From positions 273,211 through 337,210 of the forward strand of contig VMER01000001.1 in assembly GCA_007375645.1 (NCBI GenBank): DNA of 64,000 bases, in the 5' to 3' direction. Under the pieces are notes generated by a model. The model saw nothing but the letters and a program-made list of their open reading frames with translations. It searched no databases and was not told the origin of the DNA. A program made the position numbers and the translations under genes. Position 1 is the first letter of the stretch. Every line of letters starts with the position of its first letter. Positions 8,557 through 18,843 of the stretch are shown here, piece after piece. The stretch comes from Parcubacteria group bacterium LiPW_15 (GTDB lineage: Bacteria; Patescibacteriota; Minisyncoccia; UBA6257; 2-01-FULL-56-20).

Positions 8557-11500
8557 TCAGCCATCCAAACTTCTGGCCCCGGTTCTCTGTTTCATGCCGC
8601 TTATGGGGATGGTCACCGAGAAAGTCGTTCCGACATTCTCTTCGGACTCAAAACTAACGGCGCCTCCCGACTTCTCCACGATCTCTTTGACGATATAAAG
8701 TCCGAGCCCCGTGCCGTCTGTTTCTACCGGAATTATATTGTCGGCGCGGAAAAATTTTTCGAACACTCTCTCCTGTTGATTCAACGGTATTCCATATCCA
8801 TTGTCCAAAACCTTCACCACTACATCACGCTCCGTTTTAGAAATAAAAATTGATATTTTCCCTCCGTCCGGAGTGTATTTAACGGAATTGGAGATTAAAT
8901 TCTGAAGTATCATGCGCGTCAGATTCGGGTCGATGTTTATCAATTTTGGCACATCTTCGGAATAATTACTGACAACAACTTGGTTTTTTGTTAAAATTTT
9001 TGGCTCCAGCTCTTTTATGACCGAATTCGCGATATCCCGAATATCTGTTGGTTTAGGTTCGATAGCAAAAGTCCCGAGCTCGATACGCGACACATTGAGG
9101 AGCGCGCCCACCAATTCGGCCATCCGGCGCGAAGAGGCATAGATCTCGGAAGCATAATCTTTCTGTTTATCATTCAAAGCTCCGGCGTCGCCCCCTAAGA
9201 GCATTTCCGCATACCAATTAATGGCGGAAAGCGGAGTGCGAAGTTGATGAGAAGCCAGAGAAACAAATTCACTTTTCGAGCGATCTATCTCCTCCGCTTT
9301 GGTGATGTCGCGCTCAACGCCGACGAAAAAGATAATATTTCCATCCTCGCTCAAAATGGGACTGATGCTGAACTCCGAAAGATACGTTTCCCCGCTCTTT
9401 CGCCTATTGGTAACCTTGCCGGTGAAAGATTTTTTCTCGGTCTTAATCACGCGCCACATGTTGGTATAAAATTCTTTCGGCATTTGACCGCCCCATAAAG
9501 CCGGTGTTTTACCGATCATCTCTTTCGCCGAATATCCCGTCGTCCTTTCGGCGCCGCGATTCACGTAAATAATCTTGGCATCCGGGTCGGTAATAATAAT
9601 GTGGTCAGAGGCATTGTCGACCGCGCGCTTGAATTGCTGCAGTTCTGCAGCGGTATGTTCCAATTCTGTGAAAACCCTCTCCTTTTCCGCCTTAGTGCGA
9701 ATGCTTGCGATACTGAAAGCTAAGTCGCCCGCAAGCTCTTCGAGCATTTTCACCTCCGCAGAGTTAAAAAGATCGGCTGCTGCAGAATAGATGTTTAGAG
9801 CTCCAAAGACACGCCCCTCTAAGAGAAGCGGCACAACTGCGCTACCCACATAGCCCAACGCCCTGGCCTCTTTAAACCAAGGACCAAAATTCGGATCTTT
9901 GGAAAAATCCGGGTCTATGACAACTCGCTTCTCACGAATAGCCGTACCGGTTGGTCCCCTGCCGCGCTCCGTATCCGCCCAGCTTATATTCAGCTTTTCT
10001 ATATAACCATCGGTGTGTCCGGCCCAAGCCATAGGACGAACGGATTTGTTTTCATCATTTTCCGCATATCCGACCCACGCCATTCTATAGCCGGCGTTTT
10101 TAACAAGTATATTGCAAACATCTTTGAGGAGCTTGTCTTCGCTTGTGGCTTGAACCGCAACCTGGTTGGCTTCGCTTATGGTCATGAGCGCCCGATTCAG
10201 ATTCTGCGATTCCTCGGTCTGCTCCCGAAGCGCGGCGTCGGCCCTTCTCCGTTCGGTTATGTCCCGAAAGATACCCAAGACAAACTTTTTATCACCTATC
10301 GTTACCGGAGAAGAAGTGATGTCGGCATAAAAAATACCTCCGTCCTTTCTTTTGATCGGAATGTCCCTCGCGACGTCAACCTCTTTCCTGAGCAGTTTTT
10401 CAAATTGATCGAGTACGTGCGAAACAGCTTCGTCGGGATGAATATCGTTTATCCATAATTTTCTTATTTCGTCCGGACTAAACCCAAGCATCTTTGAAAA
10501 CGCTCCGTTGCTGTCGGAAAACTTCTTGTTTTCCAGATCCGCCAACACCATTCCGTCGCTCGCGTTATCAAATACGATTTTAAATCGCTCTTCTGCATAT
10601 GCCTTCAACTGCTCCTCGATCTTCTTGCGCTCGGTAATATCCCGAACAAGAGCGTGAAGAAAAGACTTTTTTCCGTAGTCCACCCGCGAGAGCAGCACCT
10701 CCGCCGGAAAATCTTGTCCATCTATCCTTCGGTGCGTCCATTCAAAGAAATTGTGCCCCTCGCGCATCGCCTGCTCGATCATTTCTTTGGCCTTCGCCAT
10801 GGATGGGCGCCCATCCGGCTGAGCTTCCGGTGATAATTTCCACGGCTCATATGACATAAATTCCTTCTCATCCTTCGCTTTAAACATCTCTACCGTCGCC
10901 GGGTTCCCGGAAGTAAAATTCCAGGTCGGGGGCTCCAAAGTCATAACCGCGTCCCGCGAAGAGAGAAAGAGAGTTCTATATCGATTCTCGCTGGCCCTCA
11001 CCAGTTCCTCTTCCATCTCGCGCAGATCTGCCGTCATCTTGTTCGCGATCTTAACCGCCCTGACTCTGGACTCCATCAAAAGATAAACGGCAGCGGCTAC
11101 AAGAAGCGCGATAAGCAAACCTCCGAAAAGCAAAAGCCGCGGCCCCAATCGAACATCCATATAAGCATCAAAGGCCGGAGTTGAATAAAAACCCAGCGTC
11201 CAAGTCCGGTTGCCGATGACATAGGGGCGATAAGCCACAAATCTCGGCGCATAGCCGGCCGTCTGCTTCAATAGCGGATTGGATTCATATGTCGCCGATG
11301 AAGAAGTTGCGCTGCCGCTCTCATATGCGCTTACTTCTACATAACCTTCGGGATAGGACGGAAGGATAGAGCTAAGCAGTGCTTGTGTATCAAAAACCAA
11401 AACCGCGTAGCCCTTAAGCGCCGCCCGCCTTTCTTCCACTGTATTGCGCGACAGGTTCTTTCCATAAATTGCCTTAAACACTATTACGCCGTTCCCGTTT

Positions 11501-12051
11501 ATAAAATTAACCTTAAAATCTTCGGTGGAAGTTATTATATCCTTATCCCTGGCTTCCAGCATGTCCGGAACCGAAACCTGGCCTTCGGCGATATCGAAGC
11601 CTATGGCCAGAGCGGTACTCGTCGTCACCGGCACAACGTATTTTATTGGCAGATATTCGTCCTTATCTTTTTCCGGAAAAATTTTGAAGTTCGGATACCC
11701 GTCCGGGAAAATGGCTTCGTCCTTTCGGATCGTGCTTATAAACTCGGGAAGCCCCGCCTTAGGCACTCTTTCTACATACGCGAACGCGCGCACCGCCGGA
11801 TTGTTTAGAGCTCCCACATCGTTCGCGAAAGTGGCCCATTCGCTCCTCGTGACGTCTTCGCTGGCGCTAAAAAGCTCCTGCACCGAGAAAAGCATGTTTC
11901 GGTAGAGCAATTGAAAACTCTCAACTTGGCGCAGTCTATCAAGCTGCTCGCTTTCGAATATATTATTAAATTCCGTTTGCGTGCTCGCGTTAAGCTGCGC
12001 GTAAAAAACCAAGGCTGCGGAACAAAACGCGGCGAAAACCAAAACGGACAC
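8557..12051 (-). CDS. Multi-sensor histidine kinase, 1164 aa: N-terminal ~300-aa extracytoplasmic domain between two TMs, then PAS/GAF/PAS modules, HisKA and HATPase_c
   Basis: H-box SHQLRTPLSAINWYAEML; G-boxes DNGYGIP and GTGLGL; TM LLLFGGLLIALLVAAAVYLL around residue 310. Confidence 0.85.
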   Translation of the reverse strand: MSVLVFAAFCSAALVFYAQLNASTQTEFNNIFESEQLDRLRQVESFQLLYRNMLFSVQELFSASEDVTRSEWATFANDVGALNNPAVRAFAYVERVPKAGLPEFISTIRKDEAIFPDGYPNFKIFPEKDKDEYLPIKYVVPVTTSTALAIGFDIAEGQVSVPDMLEARDKDIITSTEDFKVNFINGNGVIVFKAIYGKNLSRNTVEERRAALKGYAVLVFDTQALLSSILPSYPEGYVEVSAYESGSATSSSATYESNPLLKQTAGYAPRFVAYRPYVIGNRTWTLGFYSTPAFDAYMDVRLGPRLLLFGGLLIALLVAAAVYLLMESRVRAVKIANKMTADLREMEEELVRASENRYRTLFLSSRDAVMTLEPPTWNFTSGNPATVEMFKAKDEKEFMSYEPWKLSPEAQPDGRPSMAKAKEMIEQAMREGHNFFEWTHRRIDGQDFPAEVLLSRVDYGKKSFLHALVRDITERKKIEEQLKAYAEERFKIVFDNASDGMVLADLENKKFSDSNGAFSKMLGFSPDEIRKLWINDIHPDEAVSHVLDQFEKLLRKEVDVARDIPIKRKDGGIFYADITSSPVTIGDKKFVLGIFRDITERRRADAALREQTEESQNLNRALMTISEANQVAVQATSEDKLLKDVCNILVKNAGYRMAWVGYAENDENKSVRPMAWAGHTDGYIEKLNISWADTERGRGPTGTAIREKRVVIDPDFSKDPNFGPWFKEARALGYVGSAVVPLLLEGRVFGALNIYSAAADLFNSAEVKMLEELAGDLAFSIASIRTKAEKERVFTELEHTAAELQQFKRAVDNASDHIIITDPDAKIIYVNRGAERTTGYSAKEMIGKTPALWGGQMPKEFYTNMWRVIKTEKKSFTGKVTNRRKSGETYLSEFSISPILSEDGNIIFFVGVERDITKAEEIDRSKSEFVSLASHQLRTPLSAINWYAEMLLGGDAGALNDKQKDYASEIYASSRRMAELVGALLNVSRIELGTFAIEPKPTDIRDIANSVIKELEPKILTKNQVVVSNYSEDVPKLINIDPNLTRMILQNLISNSVKYTPDGGKISIFISKTERDVVVKVLDNGYGIPLNQQERVFEKFFRADNIIPVETDGTGLGLYIVKEIVEKSGGAVSFESEENVGTTFSVTIPISGMKQRTGARSLDG

Positions 12052-12125
12052 CAGTAGAGATCTCCAGGAAAAAGTAATGTGCTTATTTTCTGCGTGCTCC
12101 TCTGTAATGTGTAATACTATTTAGA

Positions 12126-12497
12126 TTATTTTATTTCCGTTAGCACGCTTTTAACTTTCTCCACGATCTCGTTTATCGGGTGCTGACTCTTAACAAAATA
12201 GTCTGCGGCGCCAAGCGTTAACGCCTTTTTTATGTCGCTATCTTCTCCAAGATTGGAGACGACCACGATTGGTATCAGCTTCATTCCCGCATCCTCCTTG
12301 ATCTCCTCCAAAACAAGAAAGCCGTTCTTTTTGGGCAACACCAAATCCAAGACTATGACGTCCGGCTTGCCATCCCGCGCCATAGTTATAGCCACCTCTC
12401 CGTCGGAAGCCACTAGGCATTCAAACCCGGAACGCTCGAACTTTTCCTTTAGAACCTTGGAAAGAACTGCTTCGTCTTCGACGATTAAAATTTTCAT
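12126..12497 (-). CDS. Single-domain response regulator (receiver only)
   Basis: MKILIVEDE...PDVIVLDLVLPKKNG...ADYFVKS. Confidence 0.85.
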   Translation of the reverse strand: MKILIVEDEAVLSKVLKEKFERSGFECLVASDGEVAITMARDGKPDVIVLDLVLPKKNGFLVLEEIKEDAGMKLIPIVVVSNLGEDSDIKKALTLGAADYFVKSQHPINEIVEKVKSVLTEIK

Positions 12498-12572
12498 ATT
12501 ATTTATTTTTTGTTATTGTCCGCCTTGTCTTATTGCGACTTTTCGCCTTAAAAACACTGATTATATTATACC

Positions 12573-14306
12573 TTAATCCTGCATTTCCTCCACATTTTCG
12601 GACATATAACGCTTCATTTTCTCGAGATTATCCCGCATCCGCTTGAGATAAAATTCGATTTCTTTGGCCTCAGACTCGTTTATCTTTTCGTCGCTGTAGT
12701 CGTCCAGCATTTTGTCTATGTCCTTTCGGAGTGAATTGAAAATAACGGAAATGTCCCGCTGGGCTATGACCACCTTCCTCCCCCGCTGTTCCTTGGCCAG
12801 TTTTTGCGTAAAATATCCGGCGAAGAAGCCGCCGATCAAAAGAAGCAAAAGAAAGACCGCCAATGTTCCCGAAGTTATTTCCAATCCGAAAATAATAAAG
12901 AGCGGTCTGGGGCGTACGCTAAAATCCGTTTTGATCGGAAAACTCGTAGCGCCGCGCGCGTCTTTGGCCAAGATTTCCAAATAATAGGCTCCCGCCTTTC
13001 GGGGTAGGTCAAAAGTAGCGCTCCAGTTTCCATTGGCATCCGGAATCGGATCCGCGTTCGCAATAAGGTCCCCGTTTTTACCCTCCATGGAGATAGACGG
13101 CGTTGTCCCCGTCGCCGCCGAACCGTTTATCTGAAGCGGACCTTCACCCAAATATGTGTCTTTGGTTATAAAGGTCACGGTTGGTCCGGCTATCGGCACC
13201 ACGTTCAAAGTAATATTATTCTCGGCCGCGTTCCCCGCTTTATCGATCGCCCGCACCAAAACGGTGTGCTCACCCGGCGCCTGAACGGGCAGCGTGTAAG
13301 AAGTCGATGTGGATACGAACAGTTCCTTGCCGTCAACGCGTATCTCGTAATGATCTATACCCGAAAGCGCGTCTTGTGTTTCGTAAAATATTTTTGGAGT
13401 CGGATTATCGCTCGACACATTATCCGCCTTAAGTTTAAACGGCAAAGGTGAGGCGGTATCGATAGATATTCCGTAATACGCGGCCGGCCCCCAGCCCTTG
13501 AGATTTTGGAATTGTACTCGCGCGTACCAAATTCCGTCATCCAAAACGCCCAGATCTTTTCCGTTAACAAGCTCCCGTTCCGGCGTGCCGGTTTCGGATG
13601 TTTTTGCGCGCACGACCCGAGCGGAAACATCCGTAATATCCGCCGGAACATCCCAGAAAACGACGGTGTCCCCAACCTGGCTATACCATTTGGTTTCATC
13701 CGGATACAAAGGAATCCTGAGTTTCGGTGCCGCCGGTAAACCGGTAGCCGGCGCTGGCGCCCTGCTGATCACCGCCGGTTGTTCCTGCGCGGATTGTCCC
13801 GACGGAGTTACGGAAACGGCTACACCGACGCCGATTGTTCCGTTTTGGATCCCGTCCAAAATGTTGGTGCCCTTCCCGTCGTTTGAAGTTATCGCGGCAT
13901 CGGAAGCGGATATCACGGCGGAGCCGGAGCCCACCGCTTTAAAATTAATGGTTAAAACCGAAAGGGCCGCTCCGGAAATGCCGGCGGTAGTCCCTCCGAT
14001 AAATTTTATTGTCCCATCGCTATTCGAAATATTCGGCCCGTCCAGCCAAAATCCGAATGCACTGTTTTTTGTGTCAAAACTTGTCGCCTGCAGTTTATCC
14101 GGCGGAAAGCTGATGGTCGCTTGCGCCGCGTTAATCGAGGCGCTGGAACTGTTGATTCTTACATACACCGTTATCTGATCCCCTCGACGGACCGTGCCGC
14201 TCGCCGGAATAATAGAAAGCGTCGCCGCGGACGCCGCTGAGACGCAAAACATCGCCCAAAGCGACAAAACTACAGTTACGCCAGTTAAATATTTTTTAAT
14301 TTTCAT
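12573..14306 (-). CDS. Secreted cell-surface protein with N-terminal cohesin-like domain, beta-rich repeats, a C-terminal TM anchor and a charged cytoplasmic tail
   Basis: Signal peptide; residues ~28-170 (TLSIIPASGTVRRGDQITVYVRI...ISFPPDKL...GTIKFIGGT...LSVLTINFKAVGSG) match the cohesin beta-sandwich pattern; TM IIFGLEITSGTLAVFLLLLLIGGFFAGYF near the C-terminus. Confidence 0.55.
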   Translation of the reverse strand: MKIKKYLTGVTVVLSLWAMFCVSAASAATLSIIPASGTVRRGDQITVYVRINSSSASINAAQATISFPPDKLQATSFDTKNSAFGFWLDGPNISNSDGTIKFIGGTTAGISGAALSVLTINFKAVGSGSAVISASDAAITSNDGKGTNILDGIQNGTIGVGVAVSVTPSGQSAQEQPAVISRAPAPATGLPAAPKLRIPLYPDETKWYSQVGDTVVFWDVPADITDVSARVVRAKTSETGTPERELVNGKDLGVLDDGIWYARVQFQNLKGWGPAAYYGISIDTASPLPFKLKADNVSSDNPTPKIFYETQDALSGIDHYEIRVDGKELFVSTSTSYTLPVQAPGEHTVLVRAIDKAGNAAENNITLNVVPIAGPTVTFITKDTYLGEGPLQINGSAATGTTPSISMEGKNGDLIANADPIPDANGNWSATFDLPRKAGAYYLEILAKDARGATSFPIKTDFSVRPRPLFIIFGLEITSGTLAVFLLLLLIGGFFAGYFTQKLAKEQRGRKVVIAQRDISVIFNSLRKDIDKMLDDYSDEKINESEAKEIEFYLKRMRDNLEKMKRYMSENVEEMQD

Positions 14307-14354
14307 TTTATTTAGTTATCAAGAATATATGGTTATTATAGCAGACGGCCTTTT

Positions 14355-17225
14355 TTATTGGGAATTTCTTGCTTGCTGGAATGCGTTTAGAAATATGCTG
14401 AAATCTATGATGTCTATTTTGCCGTCGCGATTAAAATCGATGGTCCCCCGCGTTTTCTTGTCCTCGGTGCGCCATCGGGAAAGAAAAATACTCCAATCCG
14501 AAATAGTTGCCGATTGATCCCCGTTCAGATCAACAACGGATTTCGCTTCTGTTGTGAGATTGAAGGTTTTTTGAAGTGATGGATCGCTTGTTTTTCCGGA
14601 AAATATTTCTTTGGCGTAAACCGAATGGGAGCCCAATGAAAGCCCCGTACTCGTCGCCGCAAAAGTATAATATCCGGAAGAATCCGGTTTCGTACTGCCA
14701 ACCGTCTTCCCGTCGACAAATAAACTGACTGTCGCTCCGGGAATGGCGTAACCATTCAAAAATATCGGACTTTTGCTCCCGATCACGCTCGAATCAAGCA
14801 CCAATGTTGGCGGGAGAATTATGTCTTTGATCGTCCAATCGACGCCTGCGACCGCAAGCTGAGCAAAAGAAATTATCGCCGTGGAATTATTGTTCTTATC
14901 TTTGGCTTGTATGGCAAAGAAATAATCTGCCTGCAAAAAGTTTTCGAGCGAGACTTCAAAACTTCCGTTATTGGCGATAGTTACGGTTTTGAAAGGAACG
15001 CTTGCGTATACTCCGCTCACGGAACTCTTGGTAAAAATTTGTATGTCCGCGCCGGGATACGCGTAACCGTAAAAATGAGCATTGGCCGGACCGTAGCCGC
15101 TTAGATTCACCGGCGGCGCGGAAGAACTCGGCTGCGGACTGGTTCCGGAAGAAACCGTAACCGTGGCGACCGCAGTATCGGAACCGGCGACATTGGTACA
15201 AGTGAGCGTATAAGCGCTGGTCGTTTGCGGCTGAGTCGTGGTCGCGGTTCCGATTATGCCGCCCGAACCGATAGTCGCGTTACCGGGGTCGGTGATCGCG
15301 CAAGTGGTAGCCGCGCCGATAGCGCTCCAGGTGAAAGTTATCGTTTGTGACTCGCCGATCGATACGCTCGAAGGAGACGCATCGAAACTCTGTATGGTCG
15401 GAGCAACCGGGGCGCTTGATACCGTAAGCGTTTGCGCATTGGAAGTTCCTCCGCCCGGAGTCGGATTAAATACCGTTATCGATCTGGTTCCGGCCGAAGA
15501 AATATCTGAGGCGAGAATGTTGGCCGAAAGCTGGGTTGAAGATGCAAATGTCGTCGTTCGATTTGATCCCCCTATCCGCACAACAGAATCACCATCGAAT
15601 CCGGAACCGTTTACGATTAAAGAGAAACCGGATCCGCCTGCGGCAACCGTAGTCGGAGAAATAGAGGTTGTAACCGGCGCGGCATGTGTCGGCGAAAAAG
15701 GCGAACCGGACGGAACAACGCCTGCCGCATAATTCCCGCTCGTATCACGGCTCAAGAGTTTGTAATGATAGTTCGTGCCTCCGGTAAGTCCGGAGTCTGT
15801 GCATCCCGTGCCCGGAGACGCGGTTACGCAAGCGACGATTGAGGCTCCGATTGAATTGCCGACGGTGTATACGGTTCCCTCGACAGGCGTATCGGTTACT
15901 GCGCTTGTGGAACGCAAGGCGACAATGCTGTGTAGATCGGCGTCTCCCGGATTTGTCCAAGAAAGAGAAACTTGGGCGACACCCGCCGTGCCGGAAGCTC
16001 CGGTCACATCCGCTGGCGACTGATTATCAACGGTAATTGTGGCCGAAGAAGCGTCGGATCCCGCCTGCGAATTGGTGCCGGTAAAAGAAGTTACTGTGCC
16101 GGTTACGGAATAAGCGGAACCGGGAACTGCGGGCATATTGGCGTGGCTTTTCGGAGTGATTCTCACCTTGAACTGAACCGGGCTTGTGGAAACCGGGATG
16201 CCGCAACCGGAAAGCGCCACCGTATTTGAAACCGGATCGTTCTCTGAACAATAAGTCGTTGCTCCGTCGTTTGAAGTGATTGCGACTGAAGACAAACTGC
16301 TTGTGGTGTTTGCTCCGAGCGTTACGGTCGCGGCAGTCACGGTATCGCTGCCGTCCGTAGTTTGGAGAGTGAAAGAGTCCAGATCCGTAGCCGAAGCTCC
16401 GGGAGCGATCGTGGCGTTAGAAGGATCTGTGCCGTTGGCAAGCGTGGTAACCGGCGGCTGAAGCGAAATTGTCATCATACCTTTTACGGTGGCAGTAGCA
16501 AAAGTTACAGTCGTTGTTGAGTAAGCGCCCGCTGTCGCTTTTTGGCCATCGAAGACCGTTAGGCCTCCGCCGTCACCGGTACCGGTTTCCGCGTTAACTC
16601 GCACAGCAGAGATGTTTGCCAAACTGGAATTCACAACCGTAGCAATCGGAGTGTCGGCAGCAGTCGCGCCGGCCCCGACAATCACAACAAGACGATCCGG
16701 ACCGATTGTGGTTGCTCCCGCAATATCCCCGGACACATCACTCGTGGCGTCGACAGAACCAGATGTAACGTCCCATGGATTTCCCGTGGTTACGACACCT
16801 CTATAAGCGCAAATGGATCCACCTTGGTGGTTTCCGGAATCGGAAGTTGTGGGATCGCCTTGAGTGCCGTTATACCGCGACCAAAAAACGGTAAGCGTGA
16901 CTGCGCCACTGGGAGACTGCGGAGAACCGGAAACTTCGGTCCACGTTCCCCCGTTTCCGTTAGCGATAGTGATTGCTTGACCCGATGTTTCTAAAAATAG
17001 CAGTAGAATATCATTGGCCGCGATACCTGCAGGTAAGACTGGTGTGATTGCTGCAGCGGCGCCCGCGGCGGCACCGCAGCCGACAAAGGTTGGGATTGCG
17101 GCGTTGGCGGACGGTATCCCCCAGATCAGACCGGAAAATCCGCCGGTCAAAAAGACTGCGCAAAAAAATACAACAAATAGAAATTTGCTGGTTGAGCTAG
17201 TCGAATTTTTTTTCTCTTTTTTCAT
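14355..17225 (-). CDS. Large secreted Thr/Ser/Gly-rich surface protein with C-terminal type-I dockerin (two Ca-binding repeats)
   Basis: C-terminal DLNGDQSATISD and DFNRDGKIDIID match the dockerin DxNxDGxIxxxD loops. Start chosen at MKKEKK (17225) just before the signal peptide; the ORF track extends to 17297. Confidence 0.65.
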   Translation of the reverse strand: MKKEKKNSTSSTSKFLFVVFFCAVFLTGGFSGLIWGIPSANAAIPTFVGCGAAAGAAAAITPVLPAGIAANDILLLFLETSGQAITIANGNGGTWTEVSGSPQSPSGAVTLTVFWSRYNGTQGDPTTSDSGNHQGGSICAYRGVVTTGNPWDVTSGSVDATSDVSGDIAGATTIGPDRLVVIVGAGATAADTPIATVVNSSLANISAVRVNAETGTGDGGGLTVFDGQKATAGAYSTTTVTFATATVKGMMTISLQPPVTTLANGTDPSNATIAPGASATDLDSFTLQTTDGSDTVTAATVTLGANTTSSLSSVAITSNDGATTYCSENDPVSNTVALSGCGIPVSTSPVQFKVRITPKSHANMPAVPGSAYSVTGTVTSFTGTNSQAGSDASSATITVDNQSPADVTGASGTAGVAQVSLSWTNPGDADLHSIVALRSTSAVTDTPVEGTVYTVGNSIGASIVACVTASPGTGCTDSGLTGGTNYHYKLLSRDTSGNYAAGVVPSGSPFSPTHAAPVTTSISPTTVAAGGSGFSLIVNGSGFDGDSVVRIGGSNRTTTFASSTQLSANILASDISSAGTRSITVFNPTPGGGTSNAQTLTVSSAPVAPTIQSFDASPSSVSIGESQTITFTWSAIGAATTCAITDPGNATIGSGGIIGTATTTQPQTTSAYTLTCTNVAGSDTAVATVTVSSGTSPQPSSSAPPVNLSGYGPANAHFYGYAYPGADIQIFTKSSVSGVYASVPFKTVTIANNGSFEVSLENFLQADYFFAIQAKDKNNNSTAIISFAQLAVAGVDWTIKDIILPPTLVLDSSVIGSKSPIFLNGYAIPGATVSLFVDGKTVGSTKPDSSGYYTFAATSTGLSLGSHSVYAKEIFSGKTSDPSLQKTFNLTTEAKSVVDLNGDQSATISDWSIFLSRWRTEDKKTRGTIDFNRDGKIDIIDFSIFLNAFQQARNSQ

Positions 17226-17406
17226 GGAACAGCGTTTTAACGCTCCGATACGCTTTATTCGACTTCCGCGAGATGCCGCCCGGCTGGTGCAATCCACACG
17301 CCAGCAATCTATTGATAGATATAGTATAGCAAAGACAAAAGAATTGTGTGGGATAACAAAAACCCGCCCGACGCGAATGCGTTTAGGGCGGGTTTTTGAT
17401 TGTGAG

Positions 17407-17441
17407 CTATCTACTATCTGCTATCTACCATCTACTATTCA
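17407..17441. repeat. Five tandem heptamers CTATCT(A/G) in the intergenic region upstream of the dockerin gene
   Basis: ctatcta ctatctg ctatcta ccatcta ctattca. Confidence 0.7.
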
Positions 17442-17456
17442 CTGTATTTACGGTAT

Positions 17457-17819
17457 TTACAGTATCTCTACAGTCGCTCCGGCTTCCTCAAGTTTCTTCT
17501 TGAGCTCGTCGGCTTCTTCCTTCTTCAAGCCTTCTTTGACCATCTTCGGAGCGCCATCAACCAAGTCCTTCGCCTCCTTGAGGCCAAGACCGGTCACTTC
17601 GCGCACAACCTTGATGACATTGAGCTTCATATCGCCCGCAGCTTTCAAGTTAACGTTGAAAGAGGTCTTCTCTTCGGCGGCAACGGCAGGACCGGCGGCG
17701 GCCACAGGGGCGGCGGCGGAAATGCCAAACTTCTCTTCCATTGCCTTTACGAGCTCAACGAGTTCGCCGACGGACAATTTTTCTACTTCGGAAATTATGC
17801 TGTTGAATTTATCGGACAT
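17457..17819 (-). CDS. rplL: 50S ribosomal protein L7/L12
   Basis: 120 aa; Ala-rich hinge and C-terminal [12 protein letters not shown]...EAGA.VE. Confidence 0.95.
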   Translation of the reverse strand: MSDKFNSIISEVEKLSVGELVELVKAMEEKFGISAAAPVAAAGPAVAAEEKTSFNVNLKAAGDMKLNVIKVVREVTGLGLKEAKDLVDGAPKMVKEGLKKEEADELKKKLEEAGATVEIL

Positions 17820-17850
17820 GTTATTTGTTTAAGTTAGTTTATCTTCGACC

Positions 17851-18366
17851 TTAAGCTTTCTTAGATTTCTCTACCATCAAATACATAAAGGATTTGATAG
17901 GCGCGATGAACATTCCAAGGACCATAGAAAGCGCGACTTCTCTTGGCGGCAATTGGCCGTAGAAAAGTATCATCTCTCTCGTGGCCATTTCTTTCTTTGC
18001 AAGATCCAATCCGCCCAAGATCTTCGTCATCGCCGCGGCTTTGGCTTCTTTGTCTTCGCCGAGCGAACTGAAAAACTTGTAAACGGCAGAGCTCGCGGTC
18101 TCAAGACCGTTTCCGGAGAAAACTGTTCCCAGCGATCCGGCAAACTGCTTGGAGTCGAACTCGATTCCCTTCTCCTTTAAAGCCACGCCCAAAAGACGTT
18201 TCTTTAAAACGAGCATGGAATTTCCCGCGGCGCGAACTGCGCGGCGCAGGTTTCGAAGGTCTTCCGCGGAAACTTTATTGAAGTCCACGAAAACCAAGGC
18301 ATCGCTCTTTTTAAGGAGTTCCTTCGCTTCACCGACTTCCACTTCTTTTTGTGCTTTTGTTTTCAT
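17851..18366 (-). CDS. rplJ: 50S ribosomal protein L10
   Basis: 171 aa, typical L10 N-terminus; immediately upstream of rplL. Confidence 0.9.
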   Translation of the reverse strand: MKTKAQKEVEVGEAKELLKKSDALVFVDFNKVSAEDLRNLRRAVRAAGNSMLVLKKRLLGVALKEKGIEFDSKQFAGSLGTVFSGNGLETASSAVYKFFSSLGEDKEAKAAAMTKILGGLDLAKKEMATREMILFYGQLPPREVALSMVLGMFIAPIKSFMYLMVEKSKKA

Positions 18367-18843
18367 GCCAAATTTGTTTTAATTTTTGGCCTCTCCTTTG
18401 TAGAAAATTATCTACAAATTTGAGCACCCGGTGAGATAGGCGAAGCCGCCATCTCACGGGGTTTTTATTAGCTAGGCTCGCTATCTCGCCAAGATAATAA
18501 AAAAAACGACCTTTTATTCCAAAAGTCGCACAAGTGCGAGCATGTAGTCCCGTTAGAAGTAGTTTGTTTTAACAAACGTAAATTCTAATGGGAACCCTCG
18601 GCAGGTCTTAGGCCCTTTCGGGTTCGCCTGCTGTCTTTGGAACGTGAGAACAGTATAGCTTAAATATGACTTAAGTCAACCCTATTTCGCCCGTATTTTC
18701 TTAAACACTCCAGGGAGGATGACCGTCCGAAAAGGGGCCGCCGCAAGCATAAAAAGCTTGGTTTTTCTATTGAAAAATTTTTATGCCGAGGCCGCAGACA
18801 CGCCCGTTCGCCGGAAGCGGGCGATGGCGTCCCTTTAGGGCGG

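Noticed and set aside
13498-16806. Multiple plus-strand ORFs (13498-14178, 15238-15732, 15775-16023 and others) inside the cohesin and dockerin protein genes
   Set aside because: They are antisense to long secreted-protein genes of biased Thr/Ser/Gly composition, so they are regarded as spurious.
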